Source: an uncultured Verrucomicrobiae bacterium (lineage in GTDB: Bacteria; Verrucomicrobiota; Verrucomicrobiia; Chthoniobacterales; Chthoniobacteraceae). Taken from it: 64,000 bases of DNA. Below, in pieces: positions 10,809-20,227 of the stretch (positions are counted from its first letter, which is position 1; each line of letters starts with the position of its first letter). Under the pieces are notes generated by a model. It saw nothing but the letters and a program-made list of their open reading frames with translations. It ran no database searches and was not told the DNA's origin. The DNA is taken from assembly GCA_963828525.1 (NCBI GenBank), contig CAWHEP010000009.1, positions 64,001-128,000 on the forward strand. Reading direction: 5' to 3'. Position numbers and translations under genes: made by a program.

Positions 10809-11615
10809 CTAGAGCCTGCGAGTGTCCGGCATCTCTCTGTTGGCTGCCGCATGCAAAATTGCCCGCGCCCCACGCATGGCTTGTCGCAGATCTGGAGCGG
10901 ATCGCGCTAACATCTTCACCACCCACCCCCCGGTGGCAAGCCTGCTTCGCCCCAGGAAAACTCCATCGCCACTCAGCGAGGACAGCGCGGTCTCCAGTCC
11001 AGTCTCAACCATGAAGCTCGGGCCAATCGCCAGGCAATGCCCAAAATAGGACGCGGGAAATAGTGTATTGAGACCGCATAGGCTCGGTGAATCCATCGCA
11101 ATTTGGCTTCGTTCGTGGAGGACCCGCACTCCCGCGTAGCTGACGTCCATTCCAAGATTGAGCCGGGCGTATCGAAAGACTTCCCCGGAAGCAACACGGC
11201 CCGGAGCCAAAGTTTCGAAATAGAGAACGTGGGCTCCGCTTTCAGCGGAGATCACCGTCTGCTGACTGAATCGCGACCCTGCTTGAGGGATCAGGATTTC
11301 CGGCAAAACTTCCATCCAACCCTCTTTTTCCACCGCAAACCGCTGCGTCAGACTGGCCTCTCCGGTTTCCATGCGGTGAATACGCTGAGCGGAAGAGCTT
11401 GTGAGGAGGAGACTCGCGCCACCGCGCACAGTGACTTGGCAATCCACGCGGTCTCCCGAAAAGAGCCCCGCCGTTGGGTTCACAACGTTCACCACCAGCA
11501 GAGCTTCCCTCCAGGACGGTTTGCTGATGTGCATCGGGGCGCTGAAGGATTGCTCGCGCAGGACGCTCCGGCCTCGATGCCCATGTTCGCAAAGGATTCG
11601 CAGATGTCCCGTCAC
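10809..11615 (-). CDS. ureD: urease accessory protein UreD
   Basis: NPTAGLFSGD, LLTSSSAQRIHRM, LPEILIPQAGSRFSQ, ETLAPGRVASGEVF; last gene of the urease operon. Confidence 0.88.
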   Translation of the reverse strand: MTGHLRILCEHGHRGRSVLREQSFSAPMHISKPSWREALLVVNVVNPTAGLFSGDRVDCQVTVRGGASLLLTSSSAQRIHRMETGEASLTQRFAVEKEGWMEVLPEILIPQAGSRFSQQTVISAESGAHVLYFETLAPGRVASGEVFRYARLNLGMDVSYAGVRVLHERSQIAMDSPSLCGLNTLFPASYFGHCLAIGPSFMVETGLETALSSLSGDGVFLGRSRLATGGWVVKMLARSAPDLRQAMRGARAILHAAANREMPDTRRL

Positions 11616-11627
11616 CGGACTCGCGCG

Positions 11628-12236
11628 TTAAGGAACGAAAAGCGCATGCGTTCTCAGCCAGGAGAGAATTTCCGCCTTGCCCTTCTCAGACTTGAGATCA
11701 CTGAAAAGGAAAGGCCTTTCCTTCCGCATGATCCGCGCATCCCTTTCCATGACGCCTAGATCCGCGCCGACGTAGGGCGCAAGATCCGTCTTGTTGATGA
11801 GCAGGAGATCGCTGAAGCGGATGGCTGGTCCTCCCTTGCGCGGAATCTTGTCTCCCTGCGCGACATCGATGACGTAGATAAAACAGTCCACGAGCTCTGG
11901 CGAGAACGTGGCTGAGAGATTGTCCCCGCCGCTTTCGATGAGGATCAAATCAAGATCCTGGTGCCGGCGGCAGAGCTCCGCGATTGCCTCCTGGTTCATG
12001 CTCGTGTCATCTCGGATGGCGGTATGGGGGCATCCTCCGGTTTCGACACCCATCACTCTATCCGCCGGAAGCGCTTCGTGACGAACGAGGAATTCCGCGT
12101 CCTCGCGCGTGTAGATATCATTCGTCACCACCCCGAGGGAGAACTCCCCCCGAAGCCATTCACAAAGCTTCAGCGCGAGCAATGTTTTGCCGGAGCCCAC
12201 CGGACCGCCGATGCCGACGCGCGCCGGGCTGCTCAC
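11628..12236 (-). CDS. ureG: urease accessory GTPase UreG
   Basis: [40 protein letters not shown]. Confidence 0.97.
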   Translation of the reverse strand: MSSPARVGIGGPVGSGKTLLALKLCEWLRGEFSLGVVTNDIYTREDAEFLVRHEALPADRVMGVETGGCPHTAIRDDTSMNQEAIAELCRRHQDLDLILIESGGDNLSATFSPELVDCFIYVIDVAQGDKIPRKGGPAIRFSDLLLINKTDLAPYVGADLGVMERDARIMRKERPFLFSDLKSEKGKAEILSWLRTHALFVP

Positions 12237-12931
12237 GAGATGAACATCCTCTCGGGCGCTACTTCATGACGCATGCTGGAAATTTCGAGCAGCGGATTGA
12301 ACCAGCCGGCATCCTCTGGAGTGATTGAAAGGGAAGCTCCCGCCACGGCGTCCGCCCCAGCCAAGGCCTGGCGAAGGACGCGCTGGGAGCCGTCCTGTCC
12401 GATCCTGATAAGTTTTAAAGCAGCGCCGCACATCCCGGCAACGGTCTGGTAAAGAAAGGCGAGAAGCGTCGCTTTGAGCGGCACACCCTCAACGGCCATC
12501 TGCAAGGCAAACACAGGGATATGATGCCCCCTGGCCTTCCCCTGCCTCCGGGCGGCGTCAAAAGAAGACGCGAAATCATGGGAGGAAACATTCTTGAGCG
12601 CGAGCAGCCGCCGCACACCCATTCGCAAACTCGCTTCCCGCAGCTCACGGCAGATTTTGATTGAATCCAGGAGCCGGTCGATCTCGCAAAGGGCGTCCAT
12701 GTCTCGATGCAAGACTGCGGCATGGCAAAACCTCAAGTATGGGAGCTCGAGGTTCTCCAGCGACGGCAGAACCTGGCTCTTCAGAAATCGGAGCAGGGAA
12801 CCCTCATCGCTCACAAACCCCTCCTCGGCGATTTGTTCAAGCCCGCCGGAGTGAGCGTACGCGCCCGTTGGGAAAAGCGGGTCGCACCCCTGCAGGAGAA
12901 ACGGCAACCAATCCGCTTCAGTGGTGGGCAT
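12233..12931 (-). CDS. ureF: urease accessory protein UreF
   Basis: [20 protein letters not shown] and C-terminal [11 protein letters not shown]; start set to ATG 12931. Confidence 0.93.
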   Translation of the reverse strand: MPTTEADWLPFLLQGCDPLFPTGAYAHSGGLEQIAEEGFVSDEGSLLRFLKSQVLPSLENLELPYLRFCHAAVLHRDMDALCEIDRLLDSIKICRELREASLRMGVRRLLALKNVSSHDFASSFDAARRQGKARGHHIPVFALQMAVEGVPLKATLLAFLYQTVAGMCGAALKLIRIGQDGSQRVLRQALAGADAVAGASLSITPEDAGWFNPLLEISSMRHEVAPERMFIS

Positions 12932-13343
12932 GAGCGACAGCGAGCGGAATGAATACCCTGGAGGTTGGCAGGAAGGGAATGCCCTCGCGCGTGAAAAGGT
13001 TTCTGGCAGCAGGGTCATCCACTGTGAACAAAGCGTCTCCGAGAATCTCGATCGGCAGATGGAGATTACCAACCATCCAAGCCACGCTCGCGGCTTCGGC
13101 TGCGTTCCCCAGAGTGACATGGAGAACCGGCTCTGGCAGTTGGAAGACGACGTAGAACCGGTCGTTCTCTTCGAAGAACGCCTCTTCGTTTCGCAAGGGG
13201 GTTTCCAAGTCAAATCCAAACTCCCGCCCGTCTGTGGAACAGGCTCGCCAGCGCCTTTTGGCGAGCGTGCCGCGTTCCACCTGCAAATGAACTTTGCGCA
13301 AGGCCGATGTTGTTCCCGCGACCGGGCGACGGATGATCTCCAT
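12918..13343 (-). CDS. ureE: urease accessory nickel chaperone UreE
   Basis: KRRWRACSTDGREFGFDL, AWMVGNLHLP Ni-binding motif, short His tail AHAHH; start at ATG 13343. Confidence 0.9.
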   Translation of the reverse strand: MEIIRRPVAGTTSALRKVHLQVERGTLAKRRWRACSTDGREFGFDLETPLRNEEAFFEENDRFYVVFQLPEPVLHVTLGNAAEAASVAWMVGNLHLPIEILGDALFTVDDPAARNLFTREGIPFLPTSRVFIPLAVAHAHH

Positions 13344-13350
13344 TTGGCGC

Positions 13351-15117
13351 CTAGAAAAGGAAATAGCGCTGCGCCATCGGAAGCACCGATGCCGGTTCAC
13401 ACCGGAGGATGACGCCATCCGCTTTCACGGTGTAGGTCTCGGGATCGACCTGGATGCTCGGCATCGTATCGTTCCAAAGGAGGTCTCTTTTCGTGATCTT
13501 TCTCGTATTCTGCACCGCGACCAGCCGTTTCGAAAGGTTGAGAGATTGGAGCAGTCCGTGTTGCAGGGACGCTCCACTGACGAAGGTAACGGAGGTGGAA
13601 AATTTCGCCCGACCGTGAGCGGCAAACTGGGGACGGTAGAGGGTTGGCTGCGGTGTGGGGATGGAGGCGTTCGGGTCGCCCATGTTCGCGCGAGCGATCA
13701 GTCCGCCCTTCAGGATTAATTCAGGCTTCACCCCGAAAAACGCGGGCTTCCATAGCACCATGTCAGCAAGCTTGCCCACCTCCAACGAACCCACCTCATG
13801 CGCGATGCCGTGCGTGATCGCGGGATTGATGGTGTACTTCGCGATGTAACGCAACGCCCGGAAGTTGTCCGCGGCGGAATGGATCGGAGAGGCGAGCCTG
13901 CCGAATTGCGTCTTCATCTTATGCGCGGTTTGCCATGTGCGGATAACAACTTCCCCCACCCTTCCCATCGCCTGACTGTCACTTGACATCATCGAAAACG
14001 CGCCCATGTCGTGGAGAAGATCCTCGGCGGCGATCGTCTCGGGCCGGATGCGGGATTCCGCAAAAGCGACATCCTCCGGAATTTTGGAGTCAAGGTGGTG
14101 ACAGACCATCAGCATATCAAGATGCTCGTCGATGGTATTGACGGTGAAGGGACGAGTGGGGTTGGTGGAAGAAGGAAGAACATTCGACTCGCCGCAGACC
14201 CGGATAATGTCAGGGGCGTGACCGCCGCCCGCTCCCTCGGAATGGAATGTGTGGATTGCCCGGCCCTTGAACGCGCGGATGGTATCCTCGACAAAACCGG
14301 ATTCGTTCAGCGTATCGGTATGGATGGCAACCTGGACATCCAACTCGTCAGCGACTGTAAGGCAGGTGTCGATGGCTGCGGGATGAGTGCCCCAGTCCTC
14401 ATGCAACTTCAGACCCATCGCGCCGGCCAGCACCTGCTCACGCAGCGGCTCATGAGATGAACAGTTGCCCTTCCCCATAAACCCAAGGTTCATCGGGTAT
14501 TCCTCCGCGGCTTCCAGCATCCGACGCATATTCCAGATGCCCGGTGTGCAGGTGGTCGCGTTGGTGCCGGTCGCGTTGCCAGTGCCGCCCCCCAACATCG
14601 TCGTCACGCCGCTGGAGAGGGCTTCATCGATCTGCTGGGGACAAATGAAATGGATGTGACTGTCTATCCCACCGGCGGTGACAATGCACCCTTCCGCGGC
14701 AATCACTTCGGTAGCGGCGCCGATCGTCATGGAATTCTTCAGACCGGTCACGGGATCCGGCAGCGAAGAGCCGAGGCCACTTTGTATGCCGGGGTTTCCG
14801 CCATGCCCGATACCCGCTATGCGTCCATTTTTAATCCCAATGTCGGCCTTCACCACGCCCAAAACGGCATCAAGGATCAAGGCGTTCGTGAAAATCAGGT
14901 CAAGGCACTCGGCGTCTTTTGCGGTTGGCGACTGCCCCATGCCGTCGCGGATGACCTTGCCTCCGCCAAATTTAACCTCGTTGCCATAGCCACCGCCCTC
15001 AGCAATCAAGTCCCTTTCCACTTCGATGAAAAGTTCTGTGTCCGCCAGGCGCACCTGGTCACCTTTGGTGGGACCGAACATTTCTACGTATTGCCGGCGT
15101 GTAAGTGTGAGTGGCAT
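13351..15117 (-). CDS. ureC: urease alpha subunit
   Basis: All Ni ligands and catalytic motifs present: [45 protein letters not shown]; ends PMAQRYFLF. Confidence 0.99.
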   Translation of the reverse strand: MPLTLTRRQYVEMFGPTKGDQVRLADTELFIEVERDLIAEGGGYGNEVKFGGGKVIRDGMGQSPTAKDAECLDLIFTNALILDAVLGVVKADIGIKNGRIAGIGHGGNPGIQSGLGSSLPDPVTGLKNSMTIGAATEVIAAEGCIVTAGGIDSHIHFICPQQIDEALSSGVTTMLGGGTGNATGTNATTCTPGIWNMRRMLEAAEEYPMNLGFMGKGNCSSHEPLREQVLAGAMGLKLHEDWGTHPAAIDTCLTVADELDVQVAIHTDTLNESGFVEDTIRAFKGRAIHTFHSEGAGGGHAPDIIRVCGESNVLPSSTNPTRPFTVNTIDEHLDMLMVCHHLDSKIPEDVAFAESRIRPETIAAEDLLHDMGAFSMMSSDSQAMGRVGEVVIRTWQTAHKMKTQFGRLASPIHSAADNFRALRYIAKYTINPAITHGIAHEVGSLEVGKLADMVLWKPAFFGVKPELILKGGLIARANMGDPNASIPTPQPTLYRPQFAAHGRAKFSTSVTFVSGASLQHGLLQSLNLSKRLVAVQNTRKITKRDLLWNDTMPSIQVDPETYTVKADGVILRCEPASVLPMAQRYFLF

Positions 15118-15122
15118 CGAAT

Positions 15123-15449
15123 TTAGGCAGGTGTTTCAGGAAGCGGGCCGTTCACCAGGTTGTTTAGGCCGAACACCTCCCGCTGACCGGCGAGCGCAAC
15201 CAGCTCCACATCGCGCGTGTCCCCAGGTTCAAACCGGGCCGCGGTACCGGAAGGTATGTTGAGGCGGAAACCAAGCGCGGCTCCGCGGTCAAAAACCAGC
15301 GCCGTATTCACCTCGAAGAAGTGGAAATGGCTCCCCACCTGAATTGGACGGTCCCCGGTGTTAGCCACCCGGATATCTTTCACCGTGAGGCCCACGTTTG
15401 CTTCCAGGCGGGCAGGCAACTGCGCTGGGATGATTTCGCCGGGGATCAT
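15123..15449 (-). CDS. ureB: urease beta subunit
   Basis: [40 protein letters not shown]. Confidence 0.98.
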   Translation of the reverse strand: MIPGEIIPAQLPARLEANVGLTVKDIRVANTGDRPIQVGSHFHFFEVNTALVFDRGAALGFRLNIPSGTAARFEPGDTRDVELVALAGQREVFGLNNLVNGPLPETPA

Positions 15450-15796
15450 TTTCTTTTGTGAATTATAAGTTCGTTGCCGTCAGGATCAGCCACTATCGCC
15501 ATTCGGCAGACGGGTGTTTCGAATGCTCCCTGGACGAAGCGAACGGCGGCGCCATTCAGCCTCCGGAGTTCAGCTTCGAAGTCATCCACCTCGAAGGCAA
15601 CAGCGCCCCCATTCCCTGCGTTTGACGCGGGATTCATATCCGTGATGACGAACGTAGCACCTCCTATGTCATACTCGATCCAACGGCCGTCACACGCCTC
15701 GTGATCAACCTTGAGCTGGAGAACGTTTTCGTAAAAACGGCGCGCCCGCGCCAGATCCCTGACGGGGTAAGCCGAAAATGCCAGTGCCGTGATCAT
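15446..15796 (-). CDS. VOC (glyoxalase/bleomycin-resistance) family protein
   Basis: [42 protein letters not shown] overlaps with both ureA and ureB. Confidence 0.9.
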   Translation of the reverse strand: MITALAFSAYPVRDLARARRFYENVLQLKVDHEACDGRWIEYDIGGATFVITDMNPASNAGNGGAVAFEVDDFEAELRRLNGAAVRFVQGAFETPVCRMAIVADPDGNELIIHKRK

Positions 15797-16095
15797 CGAA
15801 TGGGATGGTGAACGGTCACGAGTTTTGTGCCGTCAGGGAAAGTAGCTTCAACCTGCACCTCGTGGATCATATCTGGAATGCCATCCATAACGTCGCTCAC
15901 CTTCAGAATAGTCGTGCCGAGGCTCATCAAATCAGCGACTGATCTTCCATCGCGCGCGCCTTCCATGATCTCATACGTGATGACCGCAACCGCTTCGGGG
16001 TAATTGAGCTTTACACCGCGAGACTGGCGGCGGCGCGCCAGGTCCGCCGCGACCACAACCATGAGTTTTTCCTGCTCTCGCGGTGTCAGGTGCAT
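15793..16095 (-). CDS. ureA: urease gamma subunit
   Basis: [38 protein letters not shown]; start at ATG 16095. Confidence 0.98.
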   Translation of the reverse strand: MHLTPREQEKLMVVVAADLARRRQSRGVKLNYPEAVAVITYEIMEGARDGRSVADLMSLGTTILKVSDVMDGIPDMIHEVQVEATFPDGTKLVTVHHPIR

Positions 16096-16272
16096 TGAGG
16101 CGTTGCTCTTAACATCAGGCGAAGTTTTTGGGAAGACGTTTTTGAACCATCCAAACGACAACCAGGCACCCGTCAGAGCGGCATTTTCCCAGCGCGTCGC
16201 GCGGCTACGAAAGCATGATTCTTGTAAGTATCACCATCGCGCATAAAATAAGAGCCCAAAGGAAGTCCTCTC

Positions 16273-16902
16273 ATGAAAATAGCAATCATAGGTGGCGGAA
16301 ATGTCGGGAGCGCTCTTGCGTCTGGATGGGCGAAGGCCGGACACGAAATCGCGTTTGGCATACGAGACCCGCATGGCGAGAAGGCGGCTCATCTCCTTGA
16401 AACACGCGCTGGCGCGCGGGTCGAGTCCAATGCCGACGCATGTCGCGACGCGGACGTAGTGGCGCTTTGCACGCCGTGGAGCGGAACGGAGGAGGCGATC
16501 CGCGATTGCGGAAGTCTGGAGGGGAAGATCGTCATAGATGTCACAAACCCCCTGAAGCCTGACATTACCGGGTTGGCATGCGGGTTTGAAACGTCAGGCG
16601 GGGAACAGGTTGCGAATTGGGCGGCAGGCGCCCATGTCTTCAAGGCCATGAACCAGATAGGCGCGGGTCTGATGGATCATCCAAAGTTTAAGACGGACAT
16701 CTGTCCTGTCATGTTTGTGGCGGGCGGCGACGAAGGTAAGATCAAAGTGATGGGGCTTGTTGCTGACCTCGGTTTTGAACCGATTGACCTTGGGGGTTTG
16801 GAATACGCCCGCTTGCTGGAGCCGGTGGCGATGCTCTGGATCCATCTCGCGGTGTTCAAGGGGCTGGGGCCGAGCTTCGCGCTAGGCATGCTGCGACAGT
16901 AG
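16273..16902 (+). CDS. NADP-dependent oxidoreductase, F420-dependent NADP reductase-like family
   Basis: IAIIGGGNVG Rossmann motif, GKIVIDVTNP, SGGEQVA, VFKAMN, DLGGLEYARLLEP. Confidence 0.82.
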   Translation: MKIAIIGGGNVGSALASGWAKAGHEIAFGIRDPHGEKAAHLLETRAGARVESNADACRDADVVALCTPWSGTEEAIRDCGSLEGKIVIDVTNPLKPDITGLACGFETSGGEQVANWAAGAHVFKAMNQIGAGLMDHPKFKTDICPVMFVAGGDEGKIKVMGLVADLGFEPIDLGGLEYARLLEPVAMLWIHLAVFKGLGPSFALGMLRQ

Positions 16903-16908
16903 GCCGGC

Positions 16909-17457
16909 TCAACCAGACTGCCACCGGTAAGCTCCCGGATCCTCTATCCCAATATGATCCAGAATGCGGGAGACAACCGTATCCGCTGCTTCCTCAATCG
17001 TCTTAGGCCTGCTGTAAAACGAGGGGCACGCGGGCATGATCGTGGCGCCGGCTTCGATCAGCGAAACTACATTCCTCGCATGGATGAGACTCCAAGGCGT
17101 TTCGCGCGGCACCAGGATCAGCTTTCGACGCTCCTTTAAAAAGACATCCGCGGCCCGGAGGATGGCGTTGTCGCTGGTTCCGGCGGCGATCCGCCCGATA
17201 GTACCCATGGAGCACGGAACGATGACCATCGCGTCGAAGCGGGAGGAGCCACTTGCGAAAGGGACATGCATGCTGGAATTGTCGTGCCTGACAATTCCAT
17301 CTGGCACCTGTAGTTCGTCCATTTCCTCGGAGATCACCTGCTTCGCGTGTTTGCTGAGCACGAGATGGACTTCATGCTCCGTGGCATCCAGCCGGCGCAG
17401 CAGACGCTGGAGATAAATGGAACCGCTAGCCCCGCTTGAGGCGACGACAAATTTCAT
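16909..17457 (-). CDS. ubiX: flavin prenyltransferase UbiX
   Basis: SGASGSIY, ASGSSRFDAMVIVPCSMGT, RAADVFLKERRKLILVPRETP, PSFYSRP; start may be 17457 or 17466. Confidence 0.93.
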   Translation of the reverse strand: MKFVVASSGASGSIYLQRLLRRLDATEHEVHLVLSKHAKQVISEEMDELQVPDGIVRHDNSSMHVPFASGSSRFDAMVIVPCSMGTIGRIAAGTSDNAILRAADVFLKERRKLILVPRETPWSLIHARNVVSLIEAGATIMPACPSFYSRPKTIEEAADTVVSRILDHIGIEDPGAYRWQSG

Positions 17458-17481
17458 ACGCGGCATTTGTTCCCCTATAAT
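17453..17481 (+). promoter_or_regulatory. putative sigma-70 promoter for galK
   Basis: TTCATA (17453-17458), 17-nt spacer, perfect TATAAT (17476-17481), about 80 nt upstream of the galK ATG. Confidence 0.45.
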
Positions 17482-17561
17482 GCGGCGATCCCCAGAAGCA
17501 AGGGACGCCGAACAGCATTCCCTCGTTGATGGGCGGCAGAAAAGTGCGACGATTCCCTGAA

Positions 17562-18650
17562 ATGCCCGCGCAACCCATATCGGTCCATGCCCCTGGAAGA
17601 ATCGAGCTCCTCGGCAACCATACGGATTATAACGAGGGGTATGTCCTTTCCGCGGCGATTGACCTCGGCGTTACCATCACCGGCGGACGCTCTACGTCTG
17701 GATCGATCGAGATACATTCCCTCAACATGAATGTGTCTGCATCAGGGAGACCGGGTTCGCTGGCGCGGACAAAGACATGGGCTGATTATCCGTTTGGAGT
17801 CTTTGATGGGTTTGCAAAGGAGGGTTTCCCGGTCGCGGCGTTCACCGCTGAAGTCAGCGGGACCCTTCCTGCCGGCGCGGGGCTGTCGAGTTCAGCCGCC
17901 CTGGAAGTCGCGACCGCCACCTTTCTCGCGGCGCTTTACAACCTTGAAATCACGCCTCTTGACCTGGCGAAGCTGTGCCGCAAAGCAGAGAATGAATTCG
18001 TCGGCGTGAACTGCGGGCTGCTGGATCAGGTCTCCTCGGTCTTCGGACAGAAGAATCATGTGATCTTTTTGGATTGCCGGAATGAAACGGTCGAGACACT
18101 GCGTTTCCCGGAAGACATCGCCCTTCTCGTTATCCACTCCGGGGTTTCGCGCGTCCTTGTCGGCGGAGAATACAATGAGCGCCGGGAAAGATGCTTTGAA
18201 GCGGCCCGCCTTCTCGGAGCTGGCGCTTTGCGCGACGTGACGCTCTCCGACCTCGTGGCAGCGCGGTCTTTGCTCCCTTCGGTCACCTACAAACGGGCGC
18301 TTCACGTTGTCGGCGAAAACGAGCGGGTTTTGCGAGGCGTAACCTTCCTCAGAGAAGGTGACATCGCGGGATTTGGAAAGCTGATGTTCGAGTCTCATGA
18401 AAGCTCGCGGTTTAACTTTGAGAACAGTTCTCCGGAATTGGATGACCTCGTGCTGCTTGCAAGCAAGGAGGAAGCAATCATTGGCTCCCGCCTTACGGGA
18501 GGCGGCTTTGGAGGAGCCACTGTTTCGCTCATTAAGAGGGACGCCGCCGCAGCCGCCGCTCGCAACATCAAGGCGCAGTATAAAGAACGCACCGGTTACA
18601 CTTGCAACACCTACGTATGCGAGATCGCCGAAGGCGCTCACCTCCTTTAA
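17562..18650 (+). CDS. galK: galactokinase
   Basis: APGRIELLGNHTDYNEG, PAGAGLSSSAALE, VNCGLLDQ, GSRLTGGGFGG. Confidence 0.95.
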   Translation: MPAQPISVHAPGRIELLGNHTDYNEGYVLSAAIDLGVTITGGRSTSGSIEIHSLNMNVSASGRPGSLARTKTWADYPFGVFDGFAKEGFPVAAFTAEVSGTLPAGAGLSSSAALEVATATFLAALYNLEITPLDLAKLCRKAENEFVGVNCGLLDQVSSVFGQKNHVIFLDCRNETVETLRFPEDIALLVIHSGVSRVLVGGEYNERRERCFEAARLLGAGALRDVTLSDLVAARSLLPSVTYKRALHVVGENERVLRGVTFLREGDIAGFGKLMFESHESSRFNFENSSPELDDLVLLASKEEAIIGSRLTGGGFGGATVSLIKRDAAAAAARNIKAQYKERTGYTCNTYVCEIAEGAHLL

Positions 18651-18684
18651 TCTCGCCTCAAAAGAAGACATTTAGAGCGACACC

Positions 18685-19368
18685 GTGGCAAGACCTCTCC
18701 TTTCCCGCGTTGCTCTGCGCAACTGCGCGACACTACTCGTCTTCTTGAGTGTTCTCTCAAGCTCGGTCCGCGCCGATCTTGTGTTCGAGAAGAAGGAAAT
18801 CGAGATCAAAGCTGGCTTGTCTGACAAGGAAGCCGTCGCGCGCTTCCATTTCAAAAACACCGGAAGCCACCCGGTGCATATTACTCGCGTCCGGACGACA
18901 TGCGGCTGCACCACGGCCGCGCTGGATAAGCATGATTACGCTCCCGATGAGAAGGGGGAAATTATTGCCACCTTTGACATCGGGGATCGCATAGGCATGC
19001 ATGAAAAAGGCATCATGCTTGATACGGATCAAACAACCGAGTCGGTCATTCTCCTGAATCTAAAGATTGAAATCCCCGACCTTCTGGACGTGACCCCCGG
19101 ACTTGTCTACTGGCAAAAAGGGGAGAAGCCCGTACCCAAGGTCATCCTCGTCAAAGTTTTGAACGGATTTGAAGTAAAGGAGATCAAGGCCGCTTCTTCG
19201 GACCCTTCTGTCGAGACACGGATCGAAAAGGTTTCCACAGACCAATTTAAAGTTTTTGTCAGCCCCAAGGGCGCGCCCGTCCAGACCGCGGACGCCCTCA
19301 TAACAGTCTCGGCCGAATACCCCGCCGGTACCCCCCGCCTTTTCTACGCCAGAGCGAAGGTCCGGTGA
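18685..19368 (+). CDS. secreted DUF1573 (Ig-like) domain protein
   Basis: Signal peptide; FHFKNTG...VRTTCGCT...YAPDEKGEI pattern of DUF1573. Confidence 0.8.
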   Translation: MARPLLSRVALRNCATLLVFLSVLSSSVRADLVFEKKEIEIKAGLSDKEAVARFHFKNTGSHPVHITRVRTTCGCTTAALDKHDYAPDEKGEIIATFDIGDRIGMHEKGIMLDTDQTTESVILLNLKIEIPDLLDVTPGLVYWQKGEKPVPKVILVKVLNGFEVKEIKAASSDPSVETRIEKVSTDQFKVFVSPKGAPVQTADALITVSAEYPAGTPRLFYARAKVR

Positions 19369-19805
19369 CGAGCGGCCAACATCGCGGAGTCTTTGGCGAG
19401 GTGACCTTCCTCCTTGGGCTCGCCGCGGTATGCGCTGCGGCAGTGGCGCTATTTCATCCTGACAGGCCTCCTTGGAACCTGCCACCGCCCAGCGCGGACG
19501 AAATCTCAGTAGGGGGCGCGCTATCGCTGAAAGGGAAGCCGCTGTGGGTCGACGCGCGCTCTCAAGCCCTGTTTCAACAAGCCCATATAGCGGGGGCGCT
19601 TCTCCTCAACGAGGATCACTGGAATTCTCAACTGGGAGCAGTGATCGAACAATGGGAGCCAGGGCGGGTCGTGGTGGTTTACTGCGGCAGCCAAAGCTGC
19701 GACGCGAGCCACGCGGTGGCGGCGCGGCTTCGCCGATCCATCGGCATCGAACCCGTGTATGTGCTGCAAGGAGGCTGGGAAGCATGGCAAAACGCCAAGA
19801 AATAA
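19365..19805 (+). CDS. membrane-anchored rhodanese-like protein
   Basis: N-terminal TM; WVDARS...FQQAHIAGA, VVVYCGSQSCDAS, VYVLQGGWEAW. Confidence 0.87.
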   Translation: MTSGQHRGVFGEVTFLLGLAAVCAAAVALFHPDRPPWNLPPPSADEISVGGALSLKGKPLWVDARSQALFQQAHIAGALLLNEDHWNSQLGAVIEQWEPGRVVVVYCGSQSCDASHAVAARLRRSIGIEPVYVLQGGWEAWQNAKK

Positions 19806-20212
19806 AGTCACGCGTTCGCCTCGCGCTCGCGCTTTTGATTGGAGCCGTTTTCGCTTATGCGGGCGTCATGAAAGCGCGGGACCCCGCCCGATTCGCCATG
19901 GATATCGCTAACTTCGACCTTCTTACGTGGAGAGGCGCGGTATTGCTGGCCCTCTACCTTCCACCGCTGGAAATCCTGTGCGGCATGGCCCTTCTCTCTG
20001 GCAAATTGCGCCGAGGCGCTCTCGCAATTGCCTTCGTGCTGACGCTGAGTTTCCTGACAGCCCTCATCTCGGCCAAAGCGCGCGACCTCAACATCGCCTG
20101 CGGCTGTTTTGGAAGTGCCAGGCAGTCGGACCTCTCGTATGAAATCGCTGGAGATGCCGTCCTGCTGCTCTGCGTCTCTTCCTGCATCGCGCTTGAGAGG
20201 AAGGCGCGATGA
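19784..20212 (+). CDS. MauE/DoxX family redox-associated membrane protein
   Basis: GAVFAYAGVMKARDPARF, LPPLEILCG, NIACGCFG; start at ATG 19784. Confidence 0.85.
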   Translation: MAKRQEIKSRVRLALALLIGAVFAYAGVMKARDPARFAMDIANFDLLTWRGAVLLALYLPPLEILCGMALLSGKLRRGALAIAFVLTLSFLTALISAKARDLNIACGCFGSARQSDLSYEIAGDAVLLLCVSSCIALERKAR

Positions 20213-20227
20213 ATCGAGACCTGCCTT

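Noticed and set aside
12233..13219. Apparent 328-aa UreF with a long N-terminal extension
   Set aside because: The extension is an alternate frame of ureE; UreF homology starts at ATG 12931.
16096..16272. Guanidine or other riboswitch upstream of ureA (also checked upstream of aguB)
   Set aside because: No paired ACGR-loop hairpins or other recognisable aptamer consensus; an Rfam scan would be needed to exclude one fully.
16909..17457. ubiX without adjacent ubiD as a novel system
   Set aside because: Unlinked ubiX and ubiD are common; the partner is probably elsewhere in the genome.
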